Shown piece after piece: positions 50,746 to 60,735 of a stretch of DNA of 64,000 bases. The notes beneath the pieces are model-generated. The model ran no database searches, was not told where the DNA came from, and saw nothing but the letters and a program-made list of their open reading frames with translations. The stretch is taken from positions 95,597 through 159,596 of the forward strand of contig CAKNIB010000001.1 of assembly GCA_930979925.1 (NCBI GenBank), in the 5' to 3' direction. The translations under genes were made by a program, and so were the position numbers. Every line of letters begins with the position of its first letter. Position 1 is the first letter of the stretch. This DNA is from an uncultured Clostridia bacterium. GTDB taxonomy: Bacteria; Bacillota; Clostridia; Christensenellales; UBA1242.

Positions 50746-51756
50746 TTAATCTTTCTTTTCATATGGCAAGCCAAAATGTTTATATGCTGGCTCAAGTGCT
50801 ATTCTTCCGCGTGGAGTACGTGATATAAAGCCAAGTTGTAAGAGATATGGCTCATACACATCCTCAATAGTTGTTGCATCTTCACTTATTGTTGCTGCAA
50901 GTGTGTCAAGCCCAACAGGACCACCGCCAAACTTATTGATAATCGACATCATGATCTTTCTGTCTATTGTGTCTAGGCCAAGGTCGTCTATCTCCATAAT
51001 TTGAAGGGTTTTGTTTGCTATTTCTTTAGTTACATGGCCCTGCCCTAAGACTTGAGCATAGTCGCGCACCCTCTTTAAAAGTCTATTTGCAATTCGAGGA
51101 GTTCCTCTTGAACGTTTTGCGATCTCAATACTAGCATCTTGGTCTATCTTGATACCCAAAATTTTAGCTGAGCGGTTGATTATAATAGAAAGCTCTTCAG
51201 TTGAATAAAGCTCCAGTCTACAGATAACCCCAAATCTGTCACGAAGCGGATTAGTAAGCATACCCGCCCTTGTCGTTGCACCAATAAGGGTAAACGGCTT
51301 TATTTTCAGTCTCATATTACGCGCTGAAGGACCTTTACCTACAATGAAGTCTAGCGCAAAGTCCTCCATGGCTGGATATAAAATTTCTTCTACAGTTTTG
51401 TTAAGTCTATGGATTTCATCAATAAACAGTACATCGTTTTGATTCAAATTGGTAAGTATTGCAGCAAGGTCTGCCGCATGCTCGATTGCTGGACCCGATG
51501 TAACCTTAAATTGAGAGCCAAGCTCATTTGCTATAATATGCGAGAGTGTGGTTTTTCCAAGTCCTGGAGGGCCATATAAAAGAACATGGTCGAGGCTTTC
51601 TTTTCGTGATTTAGCTGCTTGGATATAAACTGATAGTGACTCTTTGACCTTAGTTTGACCAATGTATTCGTCAAAGCTGGTAGGTCTTAGCGAGTTTTCT
51701 ATTTCAGCATCTGTAAGATTTTTGGTGCTGGTTATAAATCTTTCGTTTTCTTCCAT
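50746..51756 (-). CDS. ruvB: Holliday junction helicase RuvB
   Basis: Walker [10 protein letters not shown], Walker [10 protein letters not shown], sensor RTPRG. Confidence 0.97.
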   Translation of the reverse strand: MEENERFITSTKNLTDAEIENSLRPTSFDEYIGQTKVKESLSVYIQAAKSRKESLDHVLLYGPPGLGKTTLSHIIANELGSQFKVTSGPAIEHAADLAAILTNLNQNDVLFIDEIHRLNKTVEEILYPAMEDFALDFIVGKGPSARNMRLKIKPFTLIGATTRAGMLTNPLRDRFGVICRLELYSTEELSIIINRSAKILGIKIDQDASIEIAKRSRGTPRIANRLLKRVRDYAQVLGQGHVTKEIANKTLQIMEIDDLGLDTIDRKIMMSIINKFGGGPVGLDTLAATISEDATTIEDVYEPYLLQLGFISRTPRGRIALEPAYKHFGLPYEKKD

Positions 51757-52349
51757 TAACCTTTATACCCCCTCAATGACTTTGATATTATCTCTTCTGC
51801 TGTTGCGTTGTTTGAAGCATTGGCACGAGCAAGCATATATGCCTCATTTTTGCTAATTCCTAAGCTGACCAAAGTATCGGTTGCCATTGAAACGGCATCC
51901 TCATCATAATCGAGTGCATAGGTTTGCTCTTTAACCTCACCTACAAAAATGTCAAGTTTATCTTTTAGTTCTAGACATAGTCTTTCAGCGGTCTTTTTGC
52001 CCAGTCCTTTAATTTTTGATAAAAGTTTGCTATCTTCTTTGGTTATTGCAATAATTAGGTCTGATAGGCTAAGACCTGATAAGATTGATATTGCCATTTT
52101 AGGACCTATCCCACTTACTGTGATTAATTTGTTAAATAAATCGCGCTCCTCTATGGTTGAAAAGCCGTATAAAGATATATCATCTTCTCTAACCGACATA
52201 TATGTATAGACTTTTGCGCTCTCATTTGGCATTGGCAAGGAGGATAAAGTATTGCTAGAAACGCACAATTCAAAGCCTACACCATTTACATTTAAGACAA
52301 TTTTGTTTTCTTCTTTTTCCTCGACAATTCCAACTAAAAATGATATCAT
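51756..52349 (-). CDS. ruvA: Holliday junction DNA-binding protein RuvA
   Basis: OB N-terminus and HhH pairs ([21 protein letters not shown]). Confidence 0.95.
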   Translation of the reverse strand: MISFLVGIVEEKEENKIVLNVNGVGFELCVSSNTLSSLPMPNESAKVYTYMSVREDDISLYGFSTIEERDLFNKLITVSGIGPKMAISILSGLSLSDLIIAITKEDSKLLSKIKGLGKKTAERLCLELKDKLDIFVGEVKEQTYALDYDEDAVSMATDTLVSLGISKNEAYMLARANASNNATAEEIISKSLRGYKG

Positions 52350-52418
52350 ATTTTACCTCGAAATAAAATTTTATAAACAGATAAGCAGATTACTTTCAAT
52401 TAACTTAAGCAAGCCTAG

Positions 52419-52907
52419 CTAAACCTTATTAGGATTAAGAACGGCACTTGTCTGACTGTGACAAATTGCAACCGCAAGTGCGTCAGCAGCGTCATCTGGC
52501 TTTGGTATAGAATTAAGCCCTAATATTGCTTTGACCATGTATTGGACTTGAGCTTTTTCTGCCCTTCCCTGTCCTGTTAAAGCCTGTTTAATCTGCAGAG
52601 GCGTGTACTCGTATATATTACCGCAATATTTTTGGCACGCTAATATTATCACGCCTCTGGCTTGAGCTACTTGGATGATAGTCTTTTGGTTTTTGAAATA
52701 GAATAACTCCTCTATTGCTACAACATCTGGTTTAAACTTGTTAAATAAAAACTTAAGGCTGGCATCAATTGCCTCCAGTCTTACTGGCAAACTGTCTTCT
52801 TTAGGCGTGGTTATTGCACCATAATCTAGTACCATATTAGGCTTTGATGTGTCAATAACGCCATAGCCTATAATGGCATAACCAGGGTCTATTCCTAAAA
52901 TTACCAT
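52419..52907 (-). CDS. ruvC: Holliday junction resolvase RuvC
   Basis: ILGIDPG...AIEELFY...PDDAADALAVAICH. Confidence 0.93.
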   Translation of the reverse strand: MVILGIDPGYAIIGYGVIDTSKPNMVLDYGAITTPKEDSLPVRLEAIDASLKFLFNKFKPDVVAIEELFYFKNQKTIIQVAQARGVIILACQKYCGNIYEYTPLQIKQALTGQGRAEKAQVQYMVKAILGLNSIPKPDDAADALAVAICHSQTSAVLNPNKV

Positions 52908-53024
52908 AATAATATTTTACAAAATATTGGTTTATATGTCAAATAAATATAAGAGAGATTAATTTTTACTATATAAAAAAAGACAAAATATTTTTGCCTT
53001 TTTATAAACTTTTAAAAATCGAGA

Positions 53025-53282
53025 TTACTCAATTTCTAACTCATAGCCATCATTCTCATTATCATTTTTTGCTGGTTGTTTTGTATCCTGCTTAGATAAT
53101 GGTGGCAACAGCGACATTTGCCCCTTTTCGTCCGTATACAACTGTGCTTTTTGCGGTTTTTCTGTAGGTTGCTCCTTTGTTTCAGTTTTAGGTTTGTTTT
53201 CCTCATTTGCGCTAGCCCATATTTCAGCCGCCCTATCCTCCGCTTCGTCCTGCCAGTTTGCGTAATCCCAATCTCTTCTCAT
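53025..53282 (-). CDS. Small acidic, low-complexity hypothetical protein (85 aa)
   Basis: ATG 53282 after AGGAGG. Sequence is rich in E, K, Q, D, T and P (more than half of residues) with no recognisable motif. Confidence 0.5.
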   Translation of the reverse strand: MRRDWDYANWQDEAEDRAAEIWASANEENKPKTETKEQPTEKPQKAQLYTDEKGQMSLLPPLSKQDTKQPAKNDNENDGYELEIE

Positions 53283-53350
53283 ATTTCCTCCTATGTATAC
53301 TTTGATTATATCACATAAAATTATCTTTTGCAATAGCAATTTTAATAATT

Positions 53351-54088
53351 TTATTCGACATCCTCGTTGATATTTACATTGTGATAAACCTCTTGAACAT
53401 CATCTAAGTCCTCAAGAGCATCTATCATTTTTGTGAACTTAGAAAGTTTTTCGTCATCAAGGTCAATGTAGCTATCAGGTACCATAGTGGTTTCTGCGCT
53501 CATAACATTATATCCTGCTTTGGTTAGTTCTTCGCTAAGAGTGTTGTGTTCGTTAGCTTGGCAGATAATTTCAAAAGAGTCATCATACTCAACAACATCT
53601 ACTGCACCTAGGTCAAGAGCTGTCAGCATAAGTTCGTCACTGTCTACTTTGTCAGTTTTTTCAACATCAACAACACCTTTTCTTTGGAAAAGATAACTAA
53701 CGCATCCGGTAGAGCCAAGAGACCCACCAAACTTATCAAAAGCATGACGAACATCACCTGCAGTTCTGTTTTTATTATCAGTTAAGCACTCTACAATAAC
53801 AGCTGAACCGCCAGAGCCATAGCCTTCATAAGTGCAGCTTTCATAGTTAACTCCACCCTGCTCACCAGCAGCTTTTTTAATGCTACGCTCTATAGTATCA
53901 TTAGGCATATTGTTTTGCTTAGCTTTTGCAATTATGTCTTTTAGTTTAGGATTTGATACAGGATCAGCTCCTCCACTTTTCACGCAAACAGCAATTTCTC
54001 TGCCGATTTTGGTAAATATTTTCCCTCGAGCTGCATCACTCTTCCCCTTTCTTGCTTGTATGTTATGCCATTTAGAATGTCCTGACAT
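53351..54088 (-). CDS. yebC: YebC/PmpR-family transcriptional regulator
   Basis: [11 protein letters not shown]...[12 protein letters not shown]. Confidence 0.93.
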   Translation of the reverse strand: MSGHSKWHNIQARKGKSDAARGKIFTKIGREIAVCVKSGGADPVSNPKLKDIIAKAKQNNMPNDTIERSIKKAAGEQGGVNYESCTYEGYGSGGSAVIVECLTDNKNRTAGDVRHAFDKFGGSLGSTGCVSYLFQRKGVVDVEKTDKVDSDELMLTALDLGAVDVVEYDDSFEIICQANEHNTLSEELTKAGYNVMSAETTMVPDSYIDLDDEKLSKFTKMIDALEDLDDVQEVYHNVNINEDVE

Positions 54089-54236
54089 AGTTGTCCTCCT
54101 TAAATTTTTTGATTTGCCATAAGATTAGAGAAATAAATTAAAACGAATTTAAATTATTCTAATTATTATCTAAATATAAAATCTTTACTTTTATATTATA
54201 GAAAATTATTTTGCTTTAAGTCAAGCATATTATTAC

Positions 54237-54971
54237 TTAAAAGCTATTTTTTGAAATTTCATACATGATAATAGAACCAGAAATAGCTGCGTTTAAACTT
54301 TCTACATTGTTCTTCATTGGGATAGATACAGCAAGTTGACAAAGTTCTGATATCTCTTTTGACACGCCCTGTCCTTCATTGCCGATCACAACACCTATTT
54401 TTTCGGTTGCTGTAAAATTGAAAATATTTTGACCATCCATGTCAGCCTTTAAAAGAGTTAAGTTCCACTTTTTTGCCAAGATTTTAAATTCCTCTCTAGT
54501 TAGCTCCATTACACTACTTGTAAAAAGCGTTCCAACACTGCTACGTAAAAGTTTTGAGTTATTTACCCTTACGCTGTCAATTAAATAAACATAATTAAAA
54601 CCGCATGCTGTAGCTGTTCTTATAAGTGTGCCGACATTGCCAGGGTCTTGTAGTCCATCAATAACTAAAAAGTTTGTTAAAGGCTTTTCTACTACATGTG
54701 GTAGGTATTCTACTATACATACTACCCCCTGTGGTGTTTTACTGTCCGACAATTGGTCTATTGTATGCTTGTCAACTAGGAAGGCTTTACTCTCAAATTC
54801 TGGACTATTAAAATCAAGAAGGTTTTCGTCGCAAGTAAAAACATACATAGGCTTTAGTCCGCTTGCCAAAGCGTCTTTTATTATCTTTATGTTATCCAAA
54901 AAAAGCAAATAACTGTTTTCTCGTTTTTGCTTTTTTATCTCTTTAATTAAGTTATTGCTTGCTTTAAGCAT
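54237..54971 (-). CDS. TrmH/SpoU-family RNA 2'-O-methyltransferase
   Basis: [34 protein letters not shown]. Confidence 0.88.
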   Translation of the reverse strand: MLKASNNLIKEIKKQKRENSYLLFLDNIKIIKDALASGLKPMYVFTCDENLLDFNSPEFESKAFLVDKHTIDQLSDSKTPQGVVCIVEYLPHVVEKPLTNFLVIDGLQDPGNVGTLIRTATACGFNYVYLIDSVRVNNSKLLRSSVGTLFTSSVMELTREEFKILAKKWNLTLLKADMDGQNIFNFTATEKIGVVIGNEGQGVSKEISELCQLAVSIPMKNNVESLNAAISGSIIMYEISKNSF

Positions 54972-55311
54972 TTTTTACTTGTCCAACAAGTGCTGCAAAT
55001 GCTTCTGGCTCTCTTACAGCCATATCAGCAAGAACCTTTCTATTAAGGTCAATACCTTGGCTCTTTAATCCTGCGATAAACTTAGAATATGAAATTCCAT
55101 TTTGTCTGCATCCTGCATTTATTCTTGTTATCCAAAGAGCTCTGAAGTTTCTCTTCTTTAATTTACGTCCAATATATGCATATTGTCCGCTTCTCATAAC
55201 TTGTTGTTTTGCTGTTCTGTAGAGTTTAGATTTAGCACCTCTATATCCTTTTGCACTCTTTAAAATAGAACGACGTTTCTTTACTGCGTTAACCGCTCTT
55301 TTTACTCTCAT
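54964..55311 (-). CDS. rplT: 50S ribosomal protein L20
   Basis: [14 protein letters not shown]...[10 protein letters not shown]. Confidence 0.97.
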   Translation of the reverse strand: MRVKRAVNAVKKRRSILKSAKGYRGAKSKLYRTAKQQVMRSGQYAYIGRKLKKRNFRALWITRINAGCRQNGISYSKFIAGLKSQGIDLNRKVLADMAVREPEAFAALVGQVKNA

Positions 55312-55322
55312 TGTTTAACCTC

Positions 55323-55517
55323 CTACTTTGCTAAAAGGGATTTGATGTTCTCGGTATTCTTTCCTGCAATGTATGATCCCTTTCTTAATTTTCTCTTGTT
55401 TTGTTGTGACTTCTTTGTGAGGAAGTGTCCCTTTCCTGGTCTAGCAAATTTAACATTACCATTTGCAGTTAAGTGGAAACGTTTTTTGCATCCGCTATGT
55501 GTTTTTTGTTTTGGCAT
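55323..55517 (-). CDS. rpmI: 50S ribosomal protein L35
   Basis: MPKQKTHSGCKKRF. Confidence 0.96.
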   Translation of the reverse strand: MPKQKTHSGCKKRFHLTANGNVKFARPGKGHFLTKKSQQNKRKLRKGSYIAGKNTENIKSLLAK

Positions 55518-55531
55518 ATTTTTTTCTCCTT

Positions 55532-56029
55532 TTATTTTGCTTTTTTTGGACTTACAACTACAAAGATATTTCTTCCTAAGAGTTCTGGCTCTTTATCTAC
55601 TGTTCCGACATCGGCAAGTCTTTCACAGAATTCTTTAACTATTTCTATAGCTTTTTTAACATAAGCTTGCTCACGTCCTTTCATACGCAGGGTTATTTTA
55701 ACTTTATTACCCTCATTAAGAAACTTGGTTGCGCTTGCAATGCGATATGCGACGTCATGCTCCTCAATAGTCATAGAAAGACGAACCTCTTTTGTCTCAA
55801 TTATTTTTTGGGCTTTTTTGATTTCTTTATCTTTCTTAAGTGCATCATACTTAAACCTACCGTAATCAAGTATTTTGCAAACTGGAGGATTTGTTCCGCC
55901 AGACATCATTACAAGGTCATAGCCCCGTTCTTCAGCAATAGAAAGTGCCTCTTCTCTTGAAACAATACCTAATTGTTCTCCATTTTCTCCGATTAAACGA
56001 ACTTGTGGTGCTGAAATTTGTTCGTTGAT
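55532..56029 (-). CDS. infC: Translation initiation factor IF-3, with an inferred non-AUG (AUC) start
   Basis: The frame stays open upstream of the track's ATG and reads INEQISAPQVRLIGENGEQLGIVSREEAL.... AAGGAG lies 6 nt before the in-frame ATC at 56029, and there is no in-frame ATG after the SD. Confidence 0.85.
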   Translation of the reverse strand: MNEQISAPQVRLIGENGEQLGIVSREEALSIAEERGYDLVMMSGGTNPPVCKILDYGRFKYDALKKDKEIKKAQKIIETKEVRLSMTIEEHDVAYRIASATKFLNEGNKVKITLRMKGREQAYVKKAIEIVKEFCERLADVGTVDKEPELLGRNIFVVVSPKKAK

Positions 56030-56222
56030 TAATAACTCCTTAAAAATTGTTGTAATCCCCTTTTAAATAAAAATTTGGTGGAAGCATAAAATTCCACCAA
56101 AAAACTAATCATAAAAATAAATTAAGTTTTTTTAAACCAAGTCTAACCCATTTGTTGACTGGTGAGAAGTGGAACTTCTACTTTCATGCGTATATAATAT
56201 CATATCTTTTTTGTATTGTCAA
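56030..56222 (-). promoter_or_regulatory. infC-rpmI-rplT promoter and L20-type leader with attenuator
   Basis: TTGACA-17-TATTAT (56194-56222, - strand). Attenuator hairpin TTGGTGGAA/TTCCACCAA (56075-56100) and a T-run about 45 nt before the start. Confidence 0.65.
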
Positions 56223-56326
56223 TCATTTTTTGATAATTTTTAAAGAATTTTTAGATTATTTTAAAATCAATATAATTTTTAATAAGATTAATTAAAACAT
56301 TATTATAAATAAGGCATACTTTTGAC

Positions 56327-56884
56327 TCATATCTTAAAAAATTTATCTAGAAAGCGTCCTAGTTTCAAAATAATTTTATTTGAGTTTTTGAGCGCCTGTT
56401 CTTTCATTATAGCTTTAAAAAATATGGTTATTCCTGCAATTACTGCCGAGGTTGAAATTGATATTAGCATAATCATACTTGGATTTGTTATATTTGTAGT
56501 AAGAGCAACGACTATGCAAGCACCTCCTGCTCCACATAGTGTGCTACAGATATCTCCTACAACGTCTGCACAAAAGGAACAAACTTTTTCTGAGTTTTCG
56601 CAAAGTTTTACGCCTATCTCAGCACCTGCCTTTTTTTCTCTTTCCCACAGCCTAAAAGTCTCTATATCAGCAGAAGCTACAGCCATGCCAAGCATATCAA
56701 AAACTACTGAAATGAAAATAAAAAGTGCTATTCCTATTGATGCAACTATTACGCCCATCCTTGAGAGCATTGTCTGACTTATAAAACCAAAAAAGAGAGA
56801 CATGCATATGGCAATAAAAAACATTCTAAATGCCCAGAGGTATTTTCTCTTTGATAGACTTTGCAATGAAACTTTTCTCTTCAC
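56327..56884 (-). CDS. Hypothetical polytopic membrane protein (possible CNNM/DUF21-like TM domain)
   Basis: 4-5 hydrophobic helices. Start uncertain: GTG 56884 or ATG 56824. The + strand ORF 56322-56777 is its mirror. Confidence 0.45.
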   Translation of the reverse strand: MKRKVSLQSLSKRKYLWAFRMFFIAICMSLFFGFISQTMLSRMGVIVASIGIALFIFISVVFDMLGMAVASADIETFRLWEREKKAGAEIGVKLCENSEKVCSFCADVVGDICSTLCGAGGACIVVALTTNITNPSMIMLISISTSAVIAGITIFFKAIMKEQALKNSNKIILKLGRFLDKFFKI

Positions 56885-57009
56885 AAAGTAATATATGTTT
56901 TATCTTTTGTTGTTATGTATGATAAAGTGTTACCTATTTTTATTTCTTTATTAATTGATTGTTTTAGTAATGTTTTCGACGAAACTTACGGCTAGTTTTA
57001 AAAAGGTTT

Positions 57010-57216
57010 TTATAACTCCTCAAGACCATCAAGGGTCTCTCTTATTTCTGTGAGTTTGCCCTTTGCCTTATCAAGCTCTTTGTAACAAATGAGTATTAGC
57101 TCTTTTGCTCTATCTATAGACTTCATCGCCTCTTCTACAGAAAGCTCTCCACTCTCTATTTTTTGTAAGATTTCGTTAAGCTGACGAGAAGCCTCTTCAT
57201 ATGATATTTTATCCAT
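57010..57216 (-). CDS. xseB: Exodeoxyribonuclease VII small subunit
   Basis: SYEEASRQLNEILQKIESGELSVEEA. ATG 57216 after AAGGAGG. Confidence 0.92.
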   Translation of the reverse strand: MDKISYEEASRQLNEILQKIESGELSVEEAMKSIDRAKELILICYKELDKAKGKLTEIRETLDGLEEL

Positions 57217-57226
57217 GTTTTCCTCC

Positions 57227-58399
57227 TTATTTAATTGGTTTAGCATCAATATGTCCATCTATAAAGTTTATTGTCAAATTTTCTTCTAAATTTAAGTTTT
57301 CAAGTTTGTTAATGCTTTTGCCTTGTTGTTCTATTTTTGTGTAGCCCTGTCTCATAATTTCTGTAGGATTTACTTTGTTAAGTGTGGTTTCTATCAGTCC
57401 TATTTCGTAGTACTTTTGATTAATAAAAGCCTCATTTCCTCTTAACAGTATATCCTTTTTATGTTTCAAGGTATTTGTTTCATTTAAAACTAGTTTTTCA
57501 AAAGTGTTTAATAATTTGTTATTTATTGTGATACTACTATTTATCTTATTTTGTAAAAACCTATTTGCAGTTTTATAAAAATCTTCAAATAGTCCCCACA
57601 TTTCTGCTCTTTTATCAGAAAGATTGTATGTTAGAAGTTCGGCAGCTGCAGAAGGTGTTGGAGCGCGAAGGTCACTCACAAAGTCGATAATTGTATAATC
57701 GGTTTCATGACCTACGGCAGATATAATTGGTTTTGGACAATTATAAGTGGCTCTTGCAACGATTTCAGTATTATATGCCCATAAATCTTCTAAAGAGCCG
57801 CCACCTCGAGCAACAACGATTACATCCACTTTATCGTAATGTCCCATGACATCTATAGCGTGTGCAATTTCATTCTCAGCCTGCAAGCCTTGCACTTTTG
57901 TATTATAAAGTACGATATCAACAGAAGGATTTCGTCTCCAGGTTATGTTTTTTATATCTTGTAATACTGCTCCCTCTTTTGAGGTTATCACGCCTATTCT
58001 TTTGATTTGGCTTGGGATAGGTTTTTTATGTGCTGTGTCAAAGAGCCCTTCATCTTGAAGTCTTTGTTTTAGTTTTAAAAACTCCTCATACAGTTTGCCC
58101 TGTCCTGCCCTTTCTACTTTTACCACATTAAAATTAAGTTTGCCACCTTTGACATAATAATTAGGTGAGCCTGTAACTATAATTTTACTACCCTCTACTA
58201 TCTCAGAAATTAAGTTTGGATAAAAGCTAACACATGACAAAGTAGCGTTTTCGTCTTTAAGAGAAAAGTATATAACGTTACGCGATAAACTCACTCCAAA
58301 CACCTCTCCTACAACTGAGATATTGTGCAGTAGTTCTTCAGCGTCAAAGATTTGTTTTATATAATTATTAAGTTTTGATACTGTAATTGCTTCAAACAT
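57227..58399 (-). CDS. xseA: Exodeoxyribonuclease VII large subunit
   Basis: OB-fold N-terminus. RIGVITS...VARGGGSLEDLWAYN...ISAVGHETD. Confidence 0.94.
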   Translation of the reverse strand: MFEAITVSKLNNYIKQIFDAEELLHNISVVGEVFGVSLSRNVIYFSLKDENATLSCVSFYPNLISEIVEGSKIIVTGSPNYYVKGGKLNFNVVKVERAGQGKLYEEFLKLKQRLQDEGLFDTAHKKPIPSQIKRIGVITSKEGAVLQDIKNITWRRNPSVDIVLYNTKVQGLQAENEIAHAIDVMGHYDKVDVIVVARGGGSLEDLWAYNTEIVARATYNCPKPIISAVGHETDYTIIDFVSDLRAPTPSAAAELLTYNLSDKRAEMWGLFEDFYKTANRFLQNKINSSITINNKLLNTFEKLVLNETNTLKHKKDILLRGNEAFINQKYYEIGLIETTLNKVNPTEIMRQGYTKIEQQGKSINKLENLNLEENLTINFIDGHIDAKPIK

Positions 58400-58414
58400 T
58401 TATTATTCCTTTGG

Positions 58415-58801
58415 CTAGTTTAAGCTTTTAATTATAGAGGATAAAACACCGTTGACAAAACGACTGCTCTTGTCAGTTGAGTATCTCTTTGCAAGCTCTA
58501 CTATCTCATTAGCTACGATTTTATATGGTGTTTTGATATATATAATCTCCGCAAGTGCCGTGCATAGAAGAGCTAAGTCAACTTTGTATACTCTGTCAAG
58601 TTCGTATCCTACAAGATGAGATGAAATAAGATTTAATATCTCATCTTTATTGTTTGTGTAGCCGGACAAAATCTCTTTAGCAAAATCTTTATCTTCATCT
58701 TTCTTTAATGAAGCAAAAAACTCTTCGTCATAAAAATTGTCTTTGACGAAAAGTCTTTCAAAAATCAGTTGAAAAGCAAGTTCTCTTGCGTACGCTCTCA
58801 T
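58415..58801 (-). CDS. nusB: Transcription antitermination factor NusB
   Basis: RELAFQLIF...INEAVELAK-like ANEIVELAKRYS...FVNGVL. Confidence 0.93.
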   Translation of the reverse strand: MRAYARELAFQLIFERLFVKDNFYDEEFFASLKKDEDKDFAKEILSGYTNNKDEILNLISSHLVGYELDRVYKVDLALLCTALAEIIYIKTPYKIVANEIVELAKRYSTDKSSRFVNGVLSSIIKSLN

Positions 58802-59160
58802 TGTATTTCCTCATCACAAGCCACGCCATAGACGTGTACATTAATCTTCCCTGGCTTTATTCCTACCATAGTTGTAAGAGAGTTCTTTATATTCTCTTGA
58901 ACTCTATATGCAACATCTGGCACGCTGTAGCCAATATATACTCTAATATAAACATCGACATTTACCACACCGTTTGTGTCAAACTTGATGCTTACACCTT
59001 CATCCTTAGGTTTAATCATTTTTTTGTAAAAAGGAAGATAGTCATTTGTAAGAGACTCAACTCCGTTTATTTCCTTAGTTGCAAGGTTTATTATTGAGAG
59101 TAAAATATCTCTATCAATCTCCACCTTTCCTTTTGGTAACGCTTTATTGTTTTTTGCCAT
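58798..59160 (-). CDS. Asp23/Gls24-family protein (YqhY-like)
   Basis: GKVEIDRDILLSIINLATKEINGV...VDVYIRVYIGYSVPDVA. Confidence 0.85.
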   Translation of the reverse strand: MAKNNKALPKGKVEIDRDILLSIINLATKEINGVESLTNDYLPFYKKMIKPKDEGVSIKFDTNGVVNVDVYIRVYIGYSVPDVAYRVQENIKNSLTTMVGIKPGKINVHVYGVACDEEIQ

Positions 59161-59211
59161 TACATACTCCTATTCTTTTGTATTATAACATATCTTGATA
59201 GCTTTTGGCAA

Positions 59212-59685
59212 TTATTCTACTGGAATAATTTTGATATTTTCAAGACTTGTTGATAGTTGTGTTTGGATAATATCAACTATTTGTGCTACTTCTGTAGAGG
59301 TTAGCTCGGCTGCTGACTTTACAACCGCATTGACGTTGCTTCCAGAAATAGTTACAACACAGTCCTCAAAGCCCTTTGCTTTAATAAGCCCTTCTACTAC
59401 AAGTTCTTGTTCCATAAGCTCAATTAAAGAAAGTTTAGCCTCTTCTGCACTTGCAATAGCTTCAGCTGAAGAGCTTTCACTTGCTATAATTGCATCATAG
59501 TAAAGCATTTCTTGGTCGCGAGTAGATTCTCTATCTGAGCGGTAAGTTTGGAAATAGCTTGAAGTAGTCGTTGTATTATCATTATTTCTTGATACCGAAT
59601 TGTTAAGCATCACGTTTAAAAAGCATGTAACACCAAGTAGTAATACCATAGCTGTTATTATTATAATTTTTGTTCTCTTTTTCAT
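59212..59685 (-). CDS. spoIIIAH: Stage III sporulation protein AH
   Basis: N-terminal TM, YFQTYRSDRESTRDQ, position as the last gene of the spoIIIA operon. Confidence 0.8.
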   Translation of the reverse strand: MKKRTKIIIITAMVLLLGVTCFLNVMLNNSVSRNNDNTTTTSSYFQTYRSDRESTRDQEMLYYDAIIASESSSAEAIASAEEAKLSLIELMEQELVVEGLIKAKGFEDCVVTISGSNVNAVVKSAAELTSTEVAQIVDIIQTQLSTSLENIKIIPVE

Positions 59686-59696
59686 AATCTCTCCTT

Positions 59697-60251
59697 TTAT
59701 TCTCCTTCAATTATATTTATCTTAGAGTTATCTATATCTATAACCGTCTGAAGTACTGATAGCATGTCCATTCTAACGGACACATCGCTTGCCCCTTGTG
59801 CTACTATAACCACCCCCTTTATTATGGGATAGATTTCCTCTTGAAGTATTGGACTTCCATCAATCATTACAACTGACGAAGTTGTTACGATTGTGCCATT
59901 AGAGGTTGTCCTAGTTTCTTCATCTGTAAGGTAGATGTACTCAAAGCCCTTCTCAAGTGTGATTATAACTTCTACATCTCCCGCTCCCTTTACCATAGCT
60001 AGTACATTTTCAAGTTTATTCTCAAGGTAGCTGACATATTCCTGAGAGGAAGAATAATTTGCGCTTAAATTGTCATTTTCTGTCGCCTGCTTTTGACTGC
60101 TTGGACGGAGCGATGTAAAATAGATAATGGCAAGCAAAACAGCTAGTCCCACAGCAATATAAATTTCAATATGTTTAACCTTCTTTATTTTTTCGTAGAG
60201 CGATTTAAACTTGCTTTTAAAGTTATCCATCATATAAGATTGCCTCCTCAT
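59697..60251 (-). CDS. spoIIIAG: Stage III sporulation protein AG
   Basis: TM anchor. LENVLAMVKGAGDVEVIITL...IKGVVIVAQGA. Confidence 0.85.
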   Translation of the reverse strand: MRRQSYMMDNFKSKFKSLYEKIKKVKHIEIYIAVGLAVLLAIIYFTSLRPSSQKQATENDNLSANYSSSQEYVSYLENKLENVLAMVKGAGDVEVIITLEKGFEYIYLTDEETRTTSNGTIVTTSSVVMIDGSPILQEEIYPIIKGVVIVAQGASDVSVRMDMLSVLQTVIDIDNSKINIIEGE

Positions 60252-60723
60252 CTATATCTACATGACTTTTGATTATTGAAGTTATCTCTTCCTTTATCTT
60301 TGTTATATTTGTATGCTCGGCATTTTCGGTTATTACAATATTTTTTAAATCGACAAAAATAGATTTAAATTGCATTGCGTTGTCAAATATGTCGCAGTTA
60401 ATGTATATAACTACATTCTGGTAACCGCTTTCTTCTATATCGTCCTCTATCTCCCCTTTTACTAGGTTTATGCGGTCAAGATTGAGCTGATAGATATAAT
60501 CTTCGTCAACCTGTACATCGCCGTAATCAAATATGTTAGAAAAGTCAAAGGACTTGCCTAAAAGCGAAGGAATAGGCGAGATTATTACAAGGAGAATAAT
60601 AAAAGAGAATATGCCCTTTATATACCTATTGAGCTGACCATCTGGAAGGACGAGCTCCACTATAACCGAAAGGCAAATGATGCCGGCAATTGACATAATC
60701 CACGATGAAATATCACTTAACAT
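60223..60723 (-). CDS. spoIIIAF: Stage III sporulation protein AF
   Basis: Two N-terminal TM helices. Size and operon position fit. Confidence 0.8.
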   Translation of the reverse strand: MLSDISSWIMSIAGIICLSVIVELVLPDGQLNRYIKGIFSFIILLVIISPIPSLLGKSFDFSNIFDYGDVQVDEDYIYQLNLDRINLVKGEIEDDIEESGYQNVVIYINCDIFDNAMQFKSIFVDLKNIVITENAEHTNITKIKEEITSIIKSHVDIDEEAILYDG

Positions 60724-60735
60724 CTTCTGCCTCCT

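Noticed and set aside
56322-56777. 151-aa + strand ORF
   Set aside because: It is the mirror image of the - strand membrane-protein ORF (56327-56884). The - strand version has coherent TM helices and fits the local gene orientation.
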